Shown piece after piece: positions 33,749-46,142 of a DNA stretch of 64,000 nucleotides; position 1 is the first letter of the stretch, and each line of letters begins with the position of its first letter. Both the position numbers and the translations under genes were made by a program. The DNA is from Oculina patagonica (lineage: Eukaryota), in the NCBI RefSeq assembly GCF_052425735.1, contig NC_135761.1, positions 8,370,001 to 8,434,000 on the forward strand, given 5' to 3'. A model generated the notes under the pieces. That model was not told the origin of the DNA. It saw nothing but the letters and a program-made list of their open reading frames with translations, and made no database searches.

Positions 33749-34939
33749 TGTGAATTGATCAGCTGCCTGTCTGCCAGAAGAGTCGAAAACAATGTCACGA
33801 GTACATCCTAACATATGTCAAAGTGTAACTTGCAACTTCCATATCCCTGCGTTGTGAAAGAGATTGGTCCTCATCGCTGTTTGGTGAACACCTTGTCCTA
33901 CTTTATGCCTCTTCTTTCAATGCTCAAATTAAAATGCGCCAAAAAAGAAAGGGAATCTTATTTGTATGCTTCCTCATTAGGCCATTGTTTAGGTTTCTTA
34001 AACAAATTCTTAATGCTCTACTAAATGGAAGATCAATATATCAGATTCAGTATAAGCTATTTCTTAATTTATAATGCAAGCAGGTGTTTTGTATCGAGTT
34101 TTTTTCCATTTACCAAAGACGTTGCGGTTTATTTTCCTGAAAATCAGAAGTTTTCAGGCATGTTCTCTTTTTTTAACTACACGAACCGCGATGTAAGTCA
34201 AGGGCTTTTGGGTTAACGTGTTAAGGACTGTATAACTAAATACAGTACGAAAGGCTAACCGTCTGAGATCTTAATAACAGAGTTACTCATTTTCTGATTG
34301 CTTTTACCGGAAAAACGCCTGAGGTGATGTTGTCAATTCATTCTGTGTCTGTTGAATACTTTACACAATTAAAAAAATAACATATATAACTTTCGGCATT
34401 TAATGAGGAGGATAAAATGTGACGATATTCTCTCTCCGTTGGATACTTCTTCTAACGCAAATTTGACGATTATTCCAAGTCAGCACACGCGTTCAATATG
34501 AAATGATAGACGGCCAATGAGGCGCCGAATTGGCTTCAGTCAAATGCAATCTCATATCCAACAAGCGCGAGTTAAATAATTGTTTTAGTAAAAACTCAAC
34601 GAAATATTGCTTTATCCCGCTGTTTTTGTATGTGAAGAAAGGCCGGAAAACGGTTTCTGTCGACAATGTTAGTCGGGAATGGTATTAGGGCTGATATCCA
34701 TTGGCCAATCAAAACTCAGGAAATATGTTATCCAATACTCCAGGTTTTACTAACAATTGGTAATCGTAAACGTTGGTTTTCCAGAGTTACTTTCCGATAG
34801 CAAGTACCAGTGAGACTTAAAAGATTTAACCAAACTCATTATGAATACGGTATGGCAAAATGAAGACGGGATATACCGCATTAATTAATCGGCAACCTTT
34901 GAATTTTGACACTAAGAAGAATCATTTGTAATGAGAAAC

Positions 34940-35924
34940 CATAGGTAGCCAAAGCTTAAGATACGACTGAGAATAAATAAAACGATCTTAAATTATCAAC
35001 TGTTTATTGTTTTTTCAATCTTGTATTACATATTCAAGTAAGCTTTGTTCTACGAGTGAAAATTAGCTTAATTCAAAACTTACGTAACGCACGGTCACAA
35101 GTTTACTAAAGTAAAAAACTAACAATTGCTTAATCCCTGGACGGTGAGGTGAACCCGGCAGAAAGACTACAGGAAACATAAAAGACAGGGAGGCTAAACA
35201 ACAACTACACCGAACAAGAACTGACGCAAGAGCTCACCTGACACAGCACGTGATCGAGTCCCAGTCTCCGTGACCGTGCAAACTACAGATAATATGGTAA
35301 TTCTTAAATTGCTCTCAACTATCAAAGCGAAGCGAAAGGTCGCACACTCGAGCCATCAGAATGCCGACCCGTGTTCATGAAATGAGCTGTAATTCTTAAA
35401 GTTTACCATTTTTCACCCAAAATGCCTCAAATTCAAAGGCTTCGATAGTCACTCTATAAATATCATGGAAAGTTGCGTGCAACACATGAATTGATGACCT
35501 CATACAGGAGCCTCATATTCATGGGCTTAGAAATGAGGTGTAAACAAAAATAATTCCATACACCTCCCCTAGAAAGTGGCTTTTGTGGTTCTAAATTGCA
35601 TTTGATTAATGCAGAAGAGCTTGGGCCACGGATGGTTCGAGATGTTTAACACTGGAATATTGTCGTTTCACCAGAGAAAAGAAGGAACATTGGGTACTTT
35701 TTGGGCCTGCTCACTGATTTCATGAACACGGGTCGGCATTCTGACGGCTTGAGTGTGCGACCTTTCGCTTCGCTTTGATAGTTGAGAGCAATTTTAGAAT
35801 TAGCATATTATGTTAATTTTCACTCGAAGAACAATTCAAATCTTACATGAATATGTAATATAAGATTGATAAAACGTTTAAATATATTTATTTTCAGTCG
35901 TATCTTAAGCTTTGGCTACCCGTG
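34940..35924. mobile_element. P-element-like non-autonomous transposon
   Basis: Termini CATAGGTAGCCAAAGCTTAAGATACGACTGA and its inverse; 7-bp TSD GAGAAAC; second internal inverted pair about 35295-35380 / 35718-35810; empty site in the paralogous flank near 40075. Confidence 0.8.
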
Positions 35925-37469
35925 GAGAAACCCGCAAACCATAACACGTCAATAGATCAAATCTACTTAGACGAGATTATAACTAAATAGAAAAGATTTT
36001 GTTTAGATCGCGGCGGCAAGCACCTTAGATGTAAATGAGCGATAATCGATAATTGATTTCGTGCTCTTCATCAGTGACGAAAAAAAAACTATATATACAT
36101 TTTTCACCGACCAAGAAGTGAACTCAATGAACAATTATCTTCCACTTTAATTACACGACAGCATAATCAGGCCAGTGCAATAGTTCTGATTAAATCTATT
36201 TTCTGAAAGATCGTTGATTTATCTCATTCTGTTCATAGCTAGGCCCTGTTAGTTCTTTTCTGATTGCTTTATACGGGATATACCACATTAATGATTTTAG
36301 AATTTCCACACTAAGAAGAATCATTTGAGATGTGAAACCACGACCAGTCAATATATTAAATCTACTTAAACTAGGTTATAACTAAACAGAAAGGTGATTG
36401 CGGCGACAAACACCTTAGATGTGAATGAGCAATAATTGATTACTGATTCGGCGCTCTTCATCAGCGACAAAAAAAGATGGACAATTTTTACCACCAAGAA
36501 TGAAACTATATCGGCAATTATCTTTCACTTTAATTAAACGACAACATGTATCAGGCCAATTTATGACATTTATCAGTCCTATTTTTATTCCTTATCTGTT
36601 GGATCACCGCTTCACCTTGTTTTGTCTATGGCTAGGCCCTGTTAGTGTAGTAGAGGTAGTCTTTCCTCTTCCCAGATTTTGCTCTCTCTCTCTCCCTCTC
36701 GTCCCATTGTTAGTCTACGATAAATAATCAGTCCGTTAAATTTTTTTACCCCCACAGGTCACTGAAACAGTTTCCTGTTTAGATGGCTCAGAGGACCAGG
36801 CACAGCAGACTTCAGTTGTCGGACAGGCTGCCAGATTTTAAGTATGCAATTAAAAACTGTCAATTGCTTCGGTCGTTTACTATTAACCTGCAAGTTCTCA
36901 GCTGCAAATACAGGAGATTCCCTTCACAGATTATTTTTTGTATGTTTTACCTACGTATTGAGAATGGGTCAGTACATTTACATTTAATTAGATCTGAAGA
37001 TGTCTTGTGTATAAATGGTGAAGAGTATACAACCGAGAGGTGATTTCTGTGGAAGACCATGCATGCAGAGCCAAGCTAAAAGACTTGTGAGGTCCATTTG
37101 CAAATCTTATCCAAGAACGTGGCCTTGTGTTAAGCATTGATAGAATCCACCCTTTTGGAGGCGTCCTCTATTGCACAATCCCTGTTATCTTGATGCCAAG
37201 CATGCATGTAAATACCAAGCGCTTGGGTCTAATTCTCCCAGCTTGTCTTTCCATACAAGCGGATGTTTCATGATCTCTTTGCGGCAATATTTTAAAATAA
37301 TCTGAGTAAATGGTACACTGTAGGTACGGTAACATTTCTGACTACCCTGTGGTCGTTGCAGCTTGGTTAAGTGGAGAACACTAGGGTTACAATCCCAGTG
37401 TCTTTCTTATATATGTGGTTGAATTCTTCTATGAGGTCACCTAGCAGATCCTTCACACCCAGCCGCGGT

Positions 37470-37634
37470 CAAAAGATCTGACTAAACCACTTTATCTACA
37501 TGTTGTGTCCGTAATGTAGCTTTCACTAACACTTTGCTTTTTGGCATCTATCATAGATGCCAAAAAGCAAAGTGTTAGTGAAAGCTACATTACGGACACA
37601 ACATGTAGATAAAGTGGTTTAGTCAGATCTTTTG
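37470..37634. repeat. Perfect 165-bp palindrome (82-bp arms, 1-nt centre)
   Basis: 37470-37551 is the exact reverse complement of 37553-37634. Confidence 0.9.
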
Positions 37635-38053
37635 GCCCATTATCCCTTATGTTGTTCTTAAATTATTTTGCTATTGATGTCTTCCCTCCTACCGTTAGGT
37701 CTCAGCACTACTTCTGCGTTTTCTTCCAGCTGACTTTTGTATCGGCATAGGAAGACCTTGCTTTTCTTGTAAGCTGTTGCCATTATCGTCAATCATTTCT
37801 TGTGGCCATGAATCATTTTGGCTGCCTGCAGATGCCTGGCTCAGTATATACTCCAAAATTCGCCCGCTATTGTAGATTGATAGGTTTTTGGACTGCCTGG
37901 TTGGCAACACATGTATGCACATCATAAACATATGTATGCATCATTCGTGAACTTCAATTAATTTACCAGGACATAAATCGTTGCTATAGCAACAGTTTAA
38001 CCTTAGTTTTGGCAAATAAATACTACTCCCACTTACGTATTGTTCTCTCACGC

Positions 38054-38950
38054 TCAGTTTCTCCTCAGTGTATTCTTAACAGCTCGTCGTATTTCTCCAA
38101 TTCTCCAGCAGTACACAAGTGGATTTAAGAAAGAGTTTATAAAAACAACAGTTGTTACGTAGTCATAGGCGATTTTCACTTTTAATGTGTATCCAGTCAA
38201 TGTCTCCACAAACATCGTCACCAAAAATGGAACGTAGAAAATCAAGAACAAACCGTAGACATAAAGTACAGTCACAGCAGATTTTCTACGCTTGAGCACG
38301 TTTACCGTGTTTAATTGAACACATTGCTGTTGCTGACTTATCTGGCGCCGATGTCTTCGAACGATCTGAAATATTTTCAAGGTGCTTAGGGCCGTAACAA
38401 TAAATGTAAGAAGTAGTGTGACCAACGGAACAAAAAGCCACCTACCCCCCATGACACAAAACCTCAACAGAACGCCAGTAAAATTACCGATCCAGAGAAA
38501 AGTAGTGATTTGAAACACTCGAGAAACGGTGACAATCATGGTATACCGTAAATGCAGGGTTAAAGCGAGAAGCTGATCAACAGAGACTAGACTCAAAGTT
38601 AGCAAAGACACGCCAGCCGTCGCCCAGCCACATATGGTCTGAACCATCCTCAAGGTACAATACACGCCAAAGTTGTTTCCAAGTTCAGCTATCTTGTACG
38701 CCACGAAAGATGGTTGACAAATCAGTCCAACGAGGAGATCTGATGCAGCAAGGCAAAACAAAAGGATGAACGACGGCGAATGAAGTTCTCGTGTTTTCCG
38801 GATCACATGTAGAATAACAGAATTCCCAATTAATGTTACCAACGAAAACACTGAATTTAGAATGCAAACCAGAATATTTGCCGTTTGCGTTTCTTTCGTT
38901 TGGTCTAAGTTGATATCCAAAAAGGAACAAGATAGATGTGTTTTGTTCAT
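38054..38950 (-). CDS. Class A GPCR paralog (copy 2, DQL)
   Basis: 298-aa intact ORF with 7TM motifs as in copy 1. Confidence 0.88.
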   Translation of the reverse strand: MNKTHLSCSFLDINLDQTKETQTANILVCILNSVFSLVTLIGNSVILHVIRKTRELHSPSFILLFCLAASDLLVGLICQPSFVAYKIAELGNNFGVYCTLRMVQTICGWATAGVSLLTLSLVSVDQLLALTLHLRYTMIVTVSRVFQITTFLWIGNFTGVLLRFCVMGGRWLFVPLVTLLLTFIVTALSTLKIFQIVRRHRRQISQQQQCVQLNTVNVLKRRKSAVTVLYVYGLFLIFYVPFLVTMFVETLTGYTLKVKIAYDYVTTVVFINSFLNPLVYCWRIGEIRRAVKNTLRRN

Positions 38951-40735
38951 CGCGAGAGATTACTAGCCGACCACAGGAACCTGGTTAAATTGGCAAAAAT
39001 GTTAACAGTATCGTCTCAAATCTATTAACAATCTGTGAATGTTTTGCAATTTGTAACTTTCTAGTTCCAAGTCATGCTTCTGAAAGAAGGAAGTCCTTTT
39101 TGTTTGTTGATGATAATAGTCGTGATATTTAAATTTAACATTCAAATTAACATTAAAATGTGCCGAAAAATGATGGAGTATTTTTTTGAGTGCAAAAGGA
39201 AGCAGGTGATTTGTGTTTAGTTTTGGTGAATTCTTCTTCGTATCAGGAGAATTTTTTGAATATTTCGTTATTTTAAACCGAAACTGCGACTAAAGATGTT
39301 TCCTTTTTGGTTGCAATAAGGTTTTCTGTAATAATAAGAGTAAATGCTTAAAAAATAATGTATAAACTAAAGGCACAACCTTGAGGTCCAAACACTGACA
39401 ACTTTTTTGCTGATTGCTTTTAGCTCGAAAGGCTGTTGTTGTGACCTGTTTAAAGAACAATCATATGTTAATTAGTACGACTATTGTTTGAATGAAAGAG
39501 ATTGAGATATTCACAGTTCTTCCCTTTTAACTTAAGCTGTTGAAAAGGAAGCCTGAAGAGGAAAAACGCATTTGGGCACCAACGGGATGCGAACTCAGTG
39601 GTCCTTGCGATTCCGGTGCAAATCTGCTACAGCTGAATCACTGGGAGCACAGCTTGCCAAATATTTCTTTTGCAACACAAAACAAACCTTTTACGTGGGT
39701 TTTGAAAGATAATATTGAAAAAATATTTTAAAGCCAGAAACCAACATCTTATTAGGTGAGAACAAGCCCCAACATTGCAGTTTACCTACAAATCCCTCAA
39801 CACAATATGCTTTTACAGTAAAGTAAAAGTAGTCTTTGACAGACGAATTGGGACACTTTGTCATGTACATGATGTGCTGGATATGCAATGAAAATTTACG
39901 TGGTCTTAGCGCAGGATACGCTGCTGCCATATCCGTTGCCAGGTTAGGCTGGGCGTAACTAAATAGAAAAGTTTTTTGTTTAGAATGCGGCGGCAAGATG
40001 TAAACGAGCGATAATCGATTATTGTTTTCGCGCTCTTCATTCATGATTTTTGACACTAAGAAGAACCATTTGTGACGAGAAACCCTGCAAACCATGCATA
40101 ACACGTCAATATATAAACCTACCGAAACTAGGTTATAACTAATAAATAAAAAAGTGTTTGCGGCGGCAAACACCTTAGATGTGAATGATCAATAATCGAT
40201 TACTGATTCGGCGCTCTTCGTCAGTGACAAAAAAGATGGACAGTTTTAACCACCAAGAAGTGAACTATATCGAAAATTATGCATCAGGCCAATTTATCAG
40301 TCCTGATTTATTTCTTATCTGTTTGATCACCGATTTACCTGGTTTTGTCTATGGCTAGGCCCTATTAGTGTAGTAGAGGTCGTCTTCCCTCTTCCCAGAT
40401 TTTCCTCCCCATAGGCGTCATGTTCAACACAGTTGGTTGCTCAACATAACAATCCGCAAAAGAAATAAAATGTGATTGTAAAACAGATAACGTCTAGTGA
40501 GGTCCAACTTTCCTGTAAAGCACTGAAACGCCATGCAAGCAGTACCACTCCACGCTGTGATGCCATAATGTCTTCTCGCACAGAGCCATCAGCCCTTGTG
40601 ACATCGATAAATCCAGACGACTTCAGGCGGATGGGTCCATGGATGCAGTATTTAACTTTTTAAAAAGTTTTATCTGATTCATTGGTGCAACTCCCTCTCA
40701 CTCCAGCCGTGTGCAGTTACCACTGCACGCAACTA

Positions 40736-40911
40736 CAGTGGAACCTCGATAAAACGAAGGGCCAAGGGACCTCCAAAATATGTTCGCTATAACGAGGTTT
40801 TGTTATATCGAGGTTCTTTTCTATATATTTTACTATTACTGGGGCGAAGAATATCGTTCGTTATATCGAGGACTTCGCTATATAAACGTTCGTTAAATCG
40901 AGGTTCCACTG
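40736..40911. mobile_element. pogo/Tigger-type MITE
   Basis: TIR CAGTGGAACCTCGAT / ATCGAGGTTCCACTG; TA on the left. Confidence 0.75.
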
Positions 40912-41876
40912 TTCCTCAAAAACGCGAGCATTGTAACACACCCACGATTCTTTCGTGCTTATGCGAGTATTTCATACACATTATGCAAATGAGCTTTCTT
41001 ACTCGCATAAGCACGAAATTTTCAAAGTCGCGTGGAAAGGAAGATAAAAAGTGCAAGTATTTTTATATTTCTATGCTTCCAACATCGTTTAGTAGATCAG
41101 TTGGAATTAGAATGGTCTGGTCTGGACCGGAAATGGCCGGCGAAGACACACTTTTCGTTTACAAAAGCGATCTAACGGTTGCTGATATTAAATTTTCACG
41201 GACCCTTAAATCAAAATGTATCAAAATAAACATGCGTTTCCAACCTTGAAGGACCACAGATAATAATAATATTGTTTGTGGGAGCCGTCAACTATAAAAT
41301 TCCGCGGCCAAGCAATAGACCTTTTGCAGCCTCACTGTCGAGAGCTCTAAAAATATATATTTTACGTATTTCCAAAAACTAAAGTCGTTGCATTTACACA
41401 ACCTAAGATAGTTCACTGGGCAAAGTTTGAGGGAAAACTTTTTCCCGACCCGAAATGCGATGGACCGCTTTAAGAGAAACTGCCACTTAAGTCTTTTACA
41501 AGTGTCTTTTCCCTGGGGATGCGTTAATGTTTTGATGTATGCTTGACCGTTTTGTTGACACGCACCTGCTCCCGGCAATTTTTTAAAGCCAGACAAATAG
41601 ATTGCTTTCATTATGCGGTTACCTGAGCCCTTAGAGCGTTTCAGTTAAATGTCAGTTGAATGTCTGATTGAGCTAGCCTATTCTGTCTATCGGCAAATAG
41701 AGTCTTTGAAATTCTGGAGCAAATGTGGAGCCCAAGTTCCAGTTTGACAAGTTTGGCAGGGCTGTTCATTTGGATGTGCTATCCTGCAGCGTATCTTACT
41801 GGGACGAAAGTATTACATTGCCCTGAGCAGATGTTCTCTTCCATACTACTCCCACTTAAGCATTGTGCACTCACGA

Positions 41877-42777
41877 TCAGTTTCTCCTCAGTGTATTCTT
41901 TACAGCTCGTCGTATTTCGCCAATTCTCCAGCAATACACAAGAGGGTTTAAGAAAGAGTTAATATAAACAACAGTTGTCACATAGTTATAGGCGATTTTC
42001 AATGTAAATGTGTATCCAAGTATTGTCTCCAAGAAAAGCGTTACACAAAATGGAAAATAGAAAATCAAGAACAAACCATAAACATAAAGTACAGTAATAG
42101 CCGACTTTCTACACTTGAGCACGTTCACTGTGTTTAATTGACCTCTTTGCTGTTGCTGACTTATTTGGCGCCGATGTCTTCGAACGATCTAAAATATTTT
42201 CAAGGTGCTTAGGGCCGTTAAAAGAAATGTACGTAAGAAGCAATGTTACCAACGGAACAAAAAGCCACCTACTCCCCATGTTAAAAAACCTCAACAAAAC
42301 GCCAGTAAAAGTAAGGATCCAGAATAAAACAATGATTTGAAACACTCGAGAAACGGTGACAATTGTGTTATACCGTAAATGCAGGGTTAAAGCGAGAAGC
42401 TGATCAACGGAGACTAGGCTCAAAGTTAATAAAGACACCCCAGACGTCGTCCAGCCGAATATTGTATGAATTATCCTCAAGGAACAGTACACGCTAAAGT
42501 TATTTCCAAGTTCAGCTATCTTGTATGCCACGAAAGATGGCTGACAAATCAGTCCAACGAGGAGATCTGAAGCAGCGAGGCAAAGCAAAAGGATTAACGA
42601 TGGTGAATGAAGTTCTCGCGTTTTCCGGATCACATGTATAATAACAAAATTCCCCAGTAATGTTATCAAAGAAAACACTGAATTAAGAATACATGCCAGA
42701 ATATTTGCCATCTTCGTTTCTTCCGTTTGGTGAAAGTTGATTTTCAAAAAAGAACATGTTAGATGTGTATTGTTCAT
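41877..42777 (-). pseudogene. GPCR paralog pseudogene (copy 3)
   Basis: 901 nt versus 897 nt in copy 2: 4-bp insertion near 42230 (CTTACGTACATTT) and CAG>TAG nonsense codon at 42189-42191. Confidence 0.85.
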
Positions 42778-43509
42778 CGCGAAAAATTACTAGCCGACCA
42801 CAGGAACCTGGTTAAATTTCCAAAAGTGTTACTAACAGTATCGTCTCAAGTCAATCAACATGTGAATGTGCAATTTCGAACCTTCTAGTTCCAATTCAAG
42901 CTTTTGAATGAAAGAAGTCCTTTTTGTTTGTTGATGATAACAGTCGTGCCGAGTGACACTTACTTTAACATTCAAATTGAAATGTGTCGAAAATGATCTA
43001 GTATTTTTATCGAGTGCACAAAGGAAGCAGGTGTTTTGTGTTTAGTTTTGGTTATCTTCTTTTTAGTATCAGGATAAGTTTTTGGGATGTTCTTTCATCT
43101 TAAACCGAAACTTGGACTAATGTTATCTGCATTTTTATCTCGGTTCAATAAGGATTTCTGTAATGAAAAAAAAAAGACCAAAAATAACTAAGAAATAAAG
43201 TAAAACAATTAAAAGCACAACGTTGAGTTTTTTGCTTTTAGCTCTACAGGCTCCTGTTGTGTTCTGTTTATACCAAAATCGTATGTTAAATAGCACGACT
43301 ATTGTTTGAACGAAAGAGATTGAGAACTCCGCAGTTCTGCTTTTAAACGTAAGCTGTTAAAAAGGAAGCCTTAACGAAAAAAACGTATTTGGGCACCAAC
43401 GGGATGCAACCTCTGTGGCCTTTTCAATTCTGGTGCAAACCTGCTACAACTGAATCACTGGGAACACAGTTTGCTAAATATTTCTTTTGTAAAACAAAAC
43501 AAATCTACT

Positions 43510-44521
43510 TCTACCTTCTTACTACCAGTGTGTACAGAAAGCCCACACACACTGATCAATACTTAGCCTAAGACTCACACCATCCACAGTCAGTGAAGCG
43601 TGGTATTGTTAAGTGTCTATATGACCGTGCCAAACACCTCATAACAAAACCATCAGTTATCTCTGAAGAAGAAAAGAAACATTTATCGTCGGTACTTGTT
43701 TCTGACGGATATCCGTCTTCGTTCATACGAAAACTCACTAAGACCACAAGATCAACAGCCAACAACGAACCCACGCAGGAATTTAAATCTACTGCGGTTT
43801 TACCCTACATTAAAGGTGTATCAGAGGTTCTTCGCCGCTGCCTACAACAAAAAGGCGTTCGCACCGTTTTTAAATCTGACACAACTCTTCGGGGTCACTT
43901 AGTGCGACCGAAAGACGTTCTAGAACCAGGTAAACAAGACGGTGTTGTTTATAAAATTCCATTTGAATGCGGCAAAGTATATATAGGTGAAACAGGGAGA
44001 GCAATGCAAGACAGGATGAAAGAACACGACAGAGACATACGGCTTGCTCATACACAAACCTCCGCAGTTTCGGAGCATGCAAACGAAACGGGGCATTTTC
44101 CTTTATGGAATCAAGTCAAGTTTATCGATCGTGACCCTAACCGATCCACACGCAGGGTCAAATAGGCTATACAAATAAGACTTCATCCTAATAACATCAA
44201 TAGAGACAGCGGAATTGAAATTCCTGAAGCATGGATACCTACGATCAGAAAACACAACAGCCGTTCAACAACAAAGCGGACCTCTGAGGGAACATCATCT
44301 GTTAGTCGAAATAATAACGAGGATCGAAATGCACCAATCACAGCGAACCAACGTGCATAAATAGCAACACGTAAACAATCGACCTCATCGCCTGATGAAG
44401 ACTAGTAGTATTGCAGTCGAAACGTCGCGATCAACATCTCAAAGCGATTCTATCGTGAGACAAACGAATAAACGTTTATTCCTATCTTACACCACGATGA
44501 ACAATATTCACATCTTTAATG
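43510..44521 (+). mobile_element. 5'-truncated Penelope-like retroelement (RT C-terminus, GIY-YIG endonuclease, pseudo-LTR)
   Basis: VYRKPTHTDQYL*DSHHP, AVLPYIKGVSE, GVVYKIPFECGKVYIGETGR; in-frame stops at 43569 and 44163; 16-bp TSD ACAAAACAAATCTACT at 43494-43509 and 44522-44537; empty site in the paralogous flank near 39680. Confidence 0.92.
44387..44431 (+). ncRNA. Minimal type I hammerhead ribozyme in the Penelope pseudo-LTR
   Basis: AUCGC-CUGAUGA-A-GACU(11 nt)AGUC-GAAA-CG-UC-GCGAU. Confidence 0.85.
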
Positions 44522-44954
44522 ACAAAACAAATCTACTACGTGGGTATCGAAAGAAAATATTGAAAAAATATTTTAAAACCAAAAAACCAACATCTAATTA
44601 GATGAGAATGAGCCCTAACATTGCAGCCAAAACACAAACAAGTCGTCTGATGACTTTAACGTTTTTTCATAAGAGCATTTGAACGACGCTCTTAACGGAC
44701 AGCTTTAACGTCTCAGACTTAGAAAGACGTCTAGTATAAAAACGGGAAGCGGTTAACTAGTATAAAACAGGACAGACGCCTTTTAAGTCTGACTGCTTTA
44801 ACGTCTTCTTGCCCAGTTTCCTCCGAGTGTAGAGCCCAGTCTTTTTTTATTTTTTGTATATTTTTTTTCTGAAAAGCCGTCTTATAAATGTGTCCCGTTT
44901 TTATACCAGACGCCTTTAACGTCAAAGGTGGATTTCCTTGTCGGTTTTTTTTTT

Positions 44955-45097
44955 NNNNNNNNNNNNNNNNNNNNNNNNNNNNNNNNNNNNNNNNNNNNNN
45001 NNNNNNNNNNNNNNNNNNNNNNNNNNNNNNNNNNNNNNNNNNNNNNNNNNNNNNNNNNNNNNNNNNNNNNNNNNNNNNNNNNNNNNNNNNNNNNNNN
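44955..45097. other. Assembly gap (143 N)
   Basis: Run of n. Confidence 1.
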
Positions 45098-45239
45098 CGT
45101 CTAGATGACTTTTTCGTCTCAAGCATAAAAATGCCCCATACCACTAGGACATAAATTGTTACCATAGCAACTGTATAAACTCAGATTTGTTAAATAAATA
45201 AAACGAGAAACCCACTCTACTGTCTCCAGAAACTCCCAC

Positions 45240-46142
45240 TCACGCCGAGTTTTTTCTCAGTACATTCTTTACAGCCCGTCGTATTTCTCCAATTCTCCAG
45301 CAGTACACAAGTGGATTTAGGAATGAGTTTATATAAACAACAGTTGTCACGTAGTCATATGCGATTTTCAATGTTAATGTGTATCCCGTTAATGTCTCCA
45401 CGAAAACCGTAACACAAAATGGAAAGTAGAAAATCAAAAACAAACCGTAGACATAAAGTACAGTCACAGCAGATTTTCTACACTTGAGCACGTTCACTGT
45501 GTTGATTTGAACAATTTGACGTTGCTGACATATCTGTCGCCGATGTCTTCGAACGATTTGAAATATTTTCATGGTGCTTAGGGCCGTAACGAGAAATGTA
45601 AGAAGTAGTGTTACCAACGGTACAAAAAGCCAGCTATAGTTACTCATTGAAAACCTTAACAGAACGCAAATTATGCAACCGATCCAGAGGAAAGCAGTTA
45701 TTTGAAACACGCGAGAAACGGTGACAATCGTGTTATACCGTAAATGTAGGGTTAAAGCGAGAAGCTGGTCAATGAAGACTAGACTCAATGTTAATAAAGA
45801 CACCCCAGACGTCGTCCAGCCGAATATTGTATGAATCATCCTCAAGGTACAATACACGCAAAAGTTGTTTCCAAGTTCAGCTATCTTGTATGCCACGAAA
45901 GATGGCTGACATATCAGTCCAACGAGGAGATCTGAAGCAGCAAGGCAAAACAAAAGGATAAACGACGGCGAGTGAAGTTCTCGCGTTTTTCGGATCGGAT
46001 GTAAAATAAGAGAATTCCCCATTAATGTTATCAAAGAAAACATTGAATTTAGAATGCAAACCAGAATATTTGCAGTTTGCGTTTCTCCCGTTTGGTCTAA
46101 GTTGATTTTCAAAAAGAAACAAGTCAGATGTGTTTTGTTCAT
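45240..46142 (-). CDS. Class A GPCR paralog (copy 4, DQL)
   Basis: 300-aa intact ORF. Confidence 0.88.
   Translation of the reverse strand: MNKTHLTCFFLKINLDQTGETQTANILVCILNSMFSLITLMGNSLILHPIRKTRELHSPSFILLFCLAASDLLVGLICQPSFVAYKIAELGNNFCVYCTLRMIHTIFGWTTSGVSLLTLSLVFIDQLLALTLHLRYNTIVTVSRVFQITAFLWIGCIICVLLRFSMSNYSWLFVPLVTLLLTFLVTALSTMKIFQIVRRHRRQICQQRQIVQINTVNVLKCRKSAVTVLYVYGLFLIFYFPFCVTVFVETLTGYTLTLKIAYDYVTTVVYINSFLNPLVYCWRIGEIRRAVKNVLRKNSA

Noticed and set aside
36055-36075. Minus-strand CTGATGA...GAAA motif (related copies near 36455, 40035, 40215)
   Set aside because: No stem II or stem I pairing; at most an old remnant.
36720-37960. Possible decayed gene or transposon fragment
   Set aside because: No recognisable motif or consistent exon chain.
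39570-39650. tRNA-like sequence upstream of GPCR copy 2 (also about 43390-43470)
   Set aside because: Heavily decayed SINE head without intact A and B boxes.
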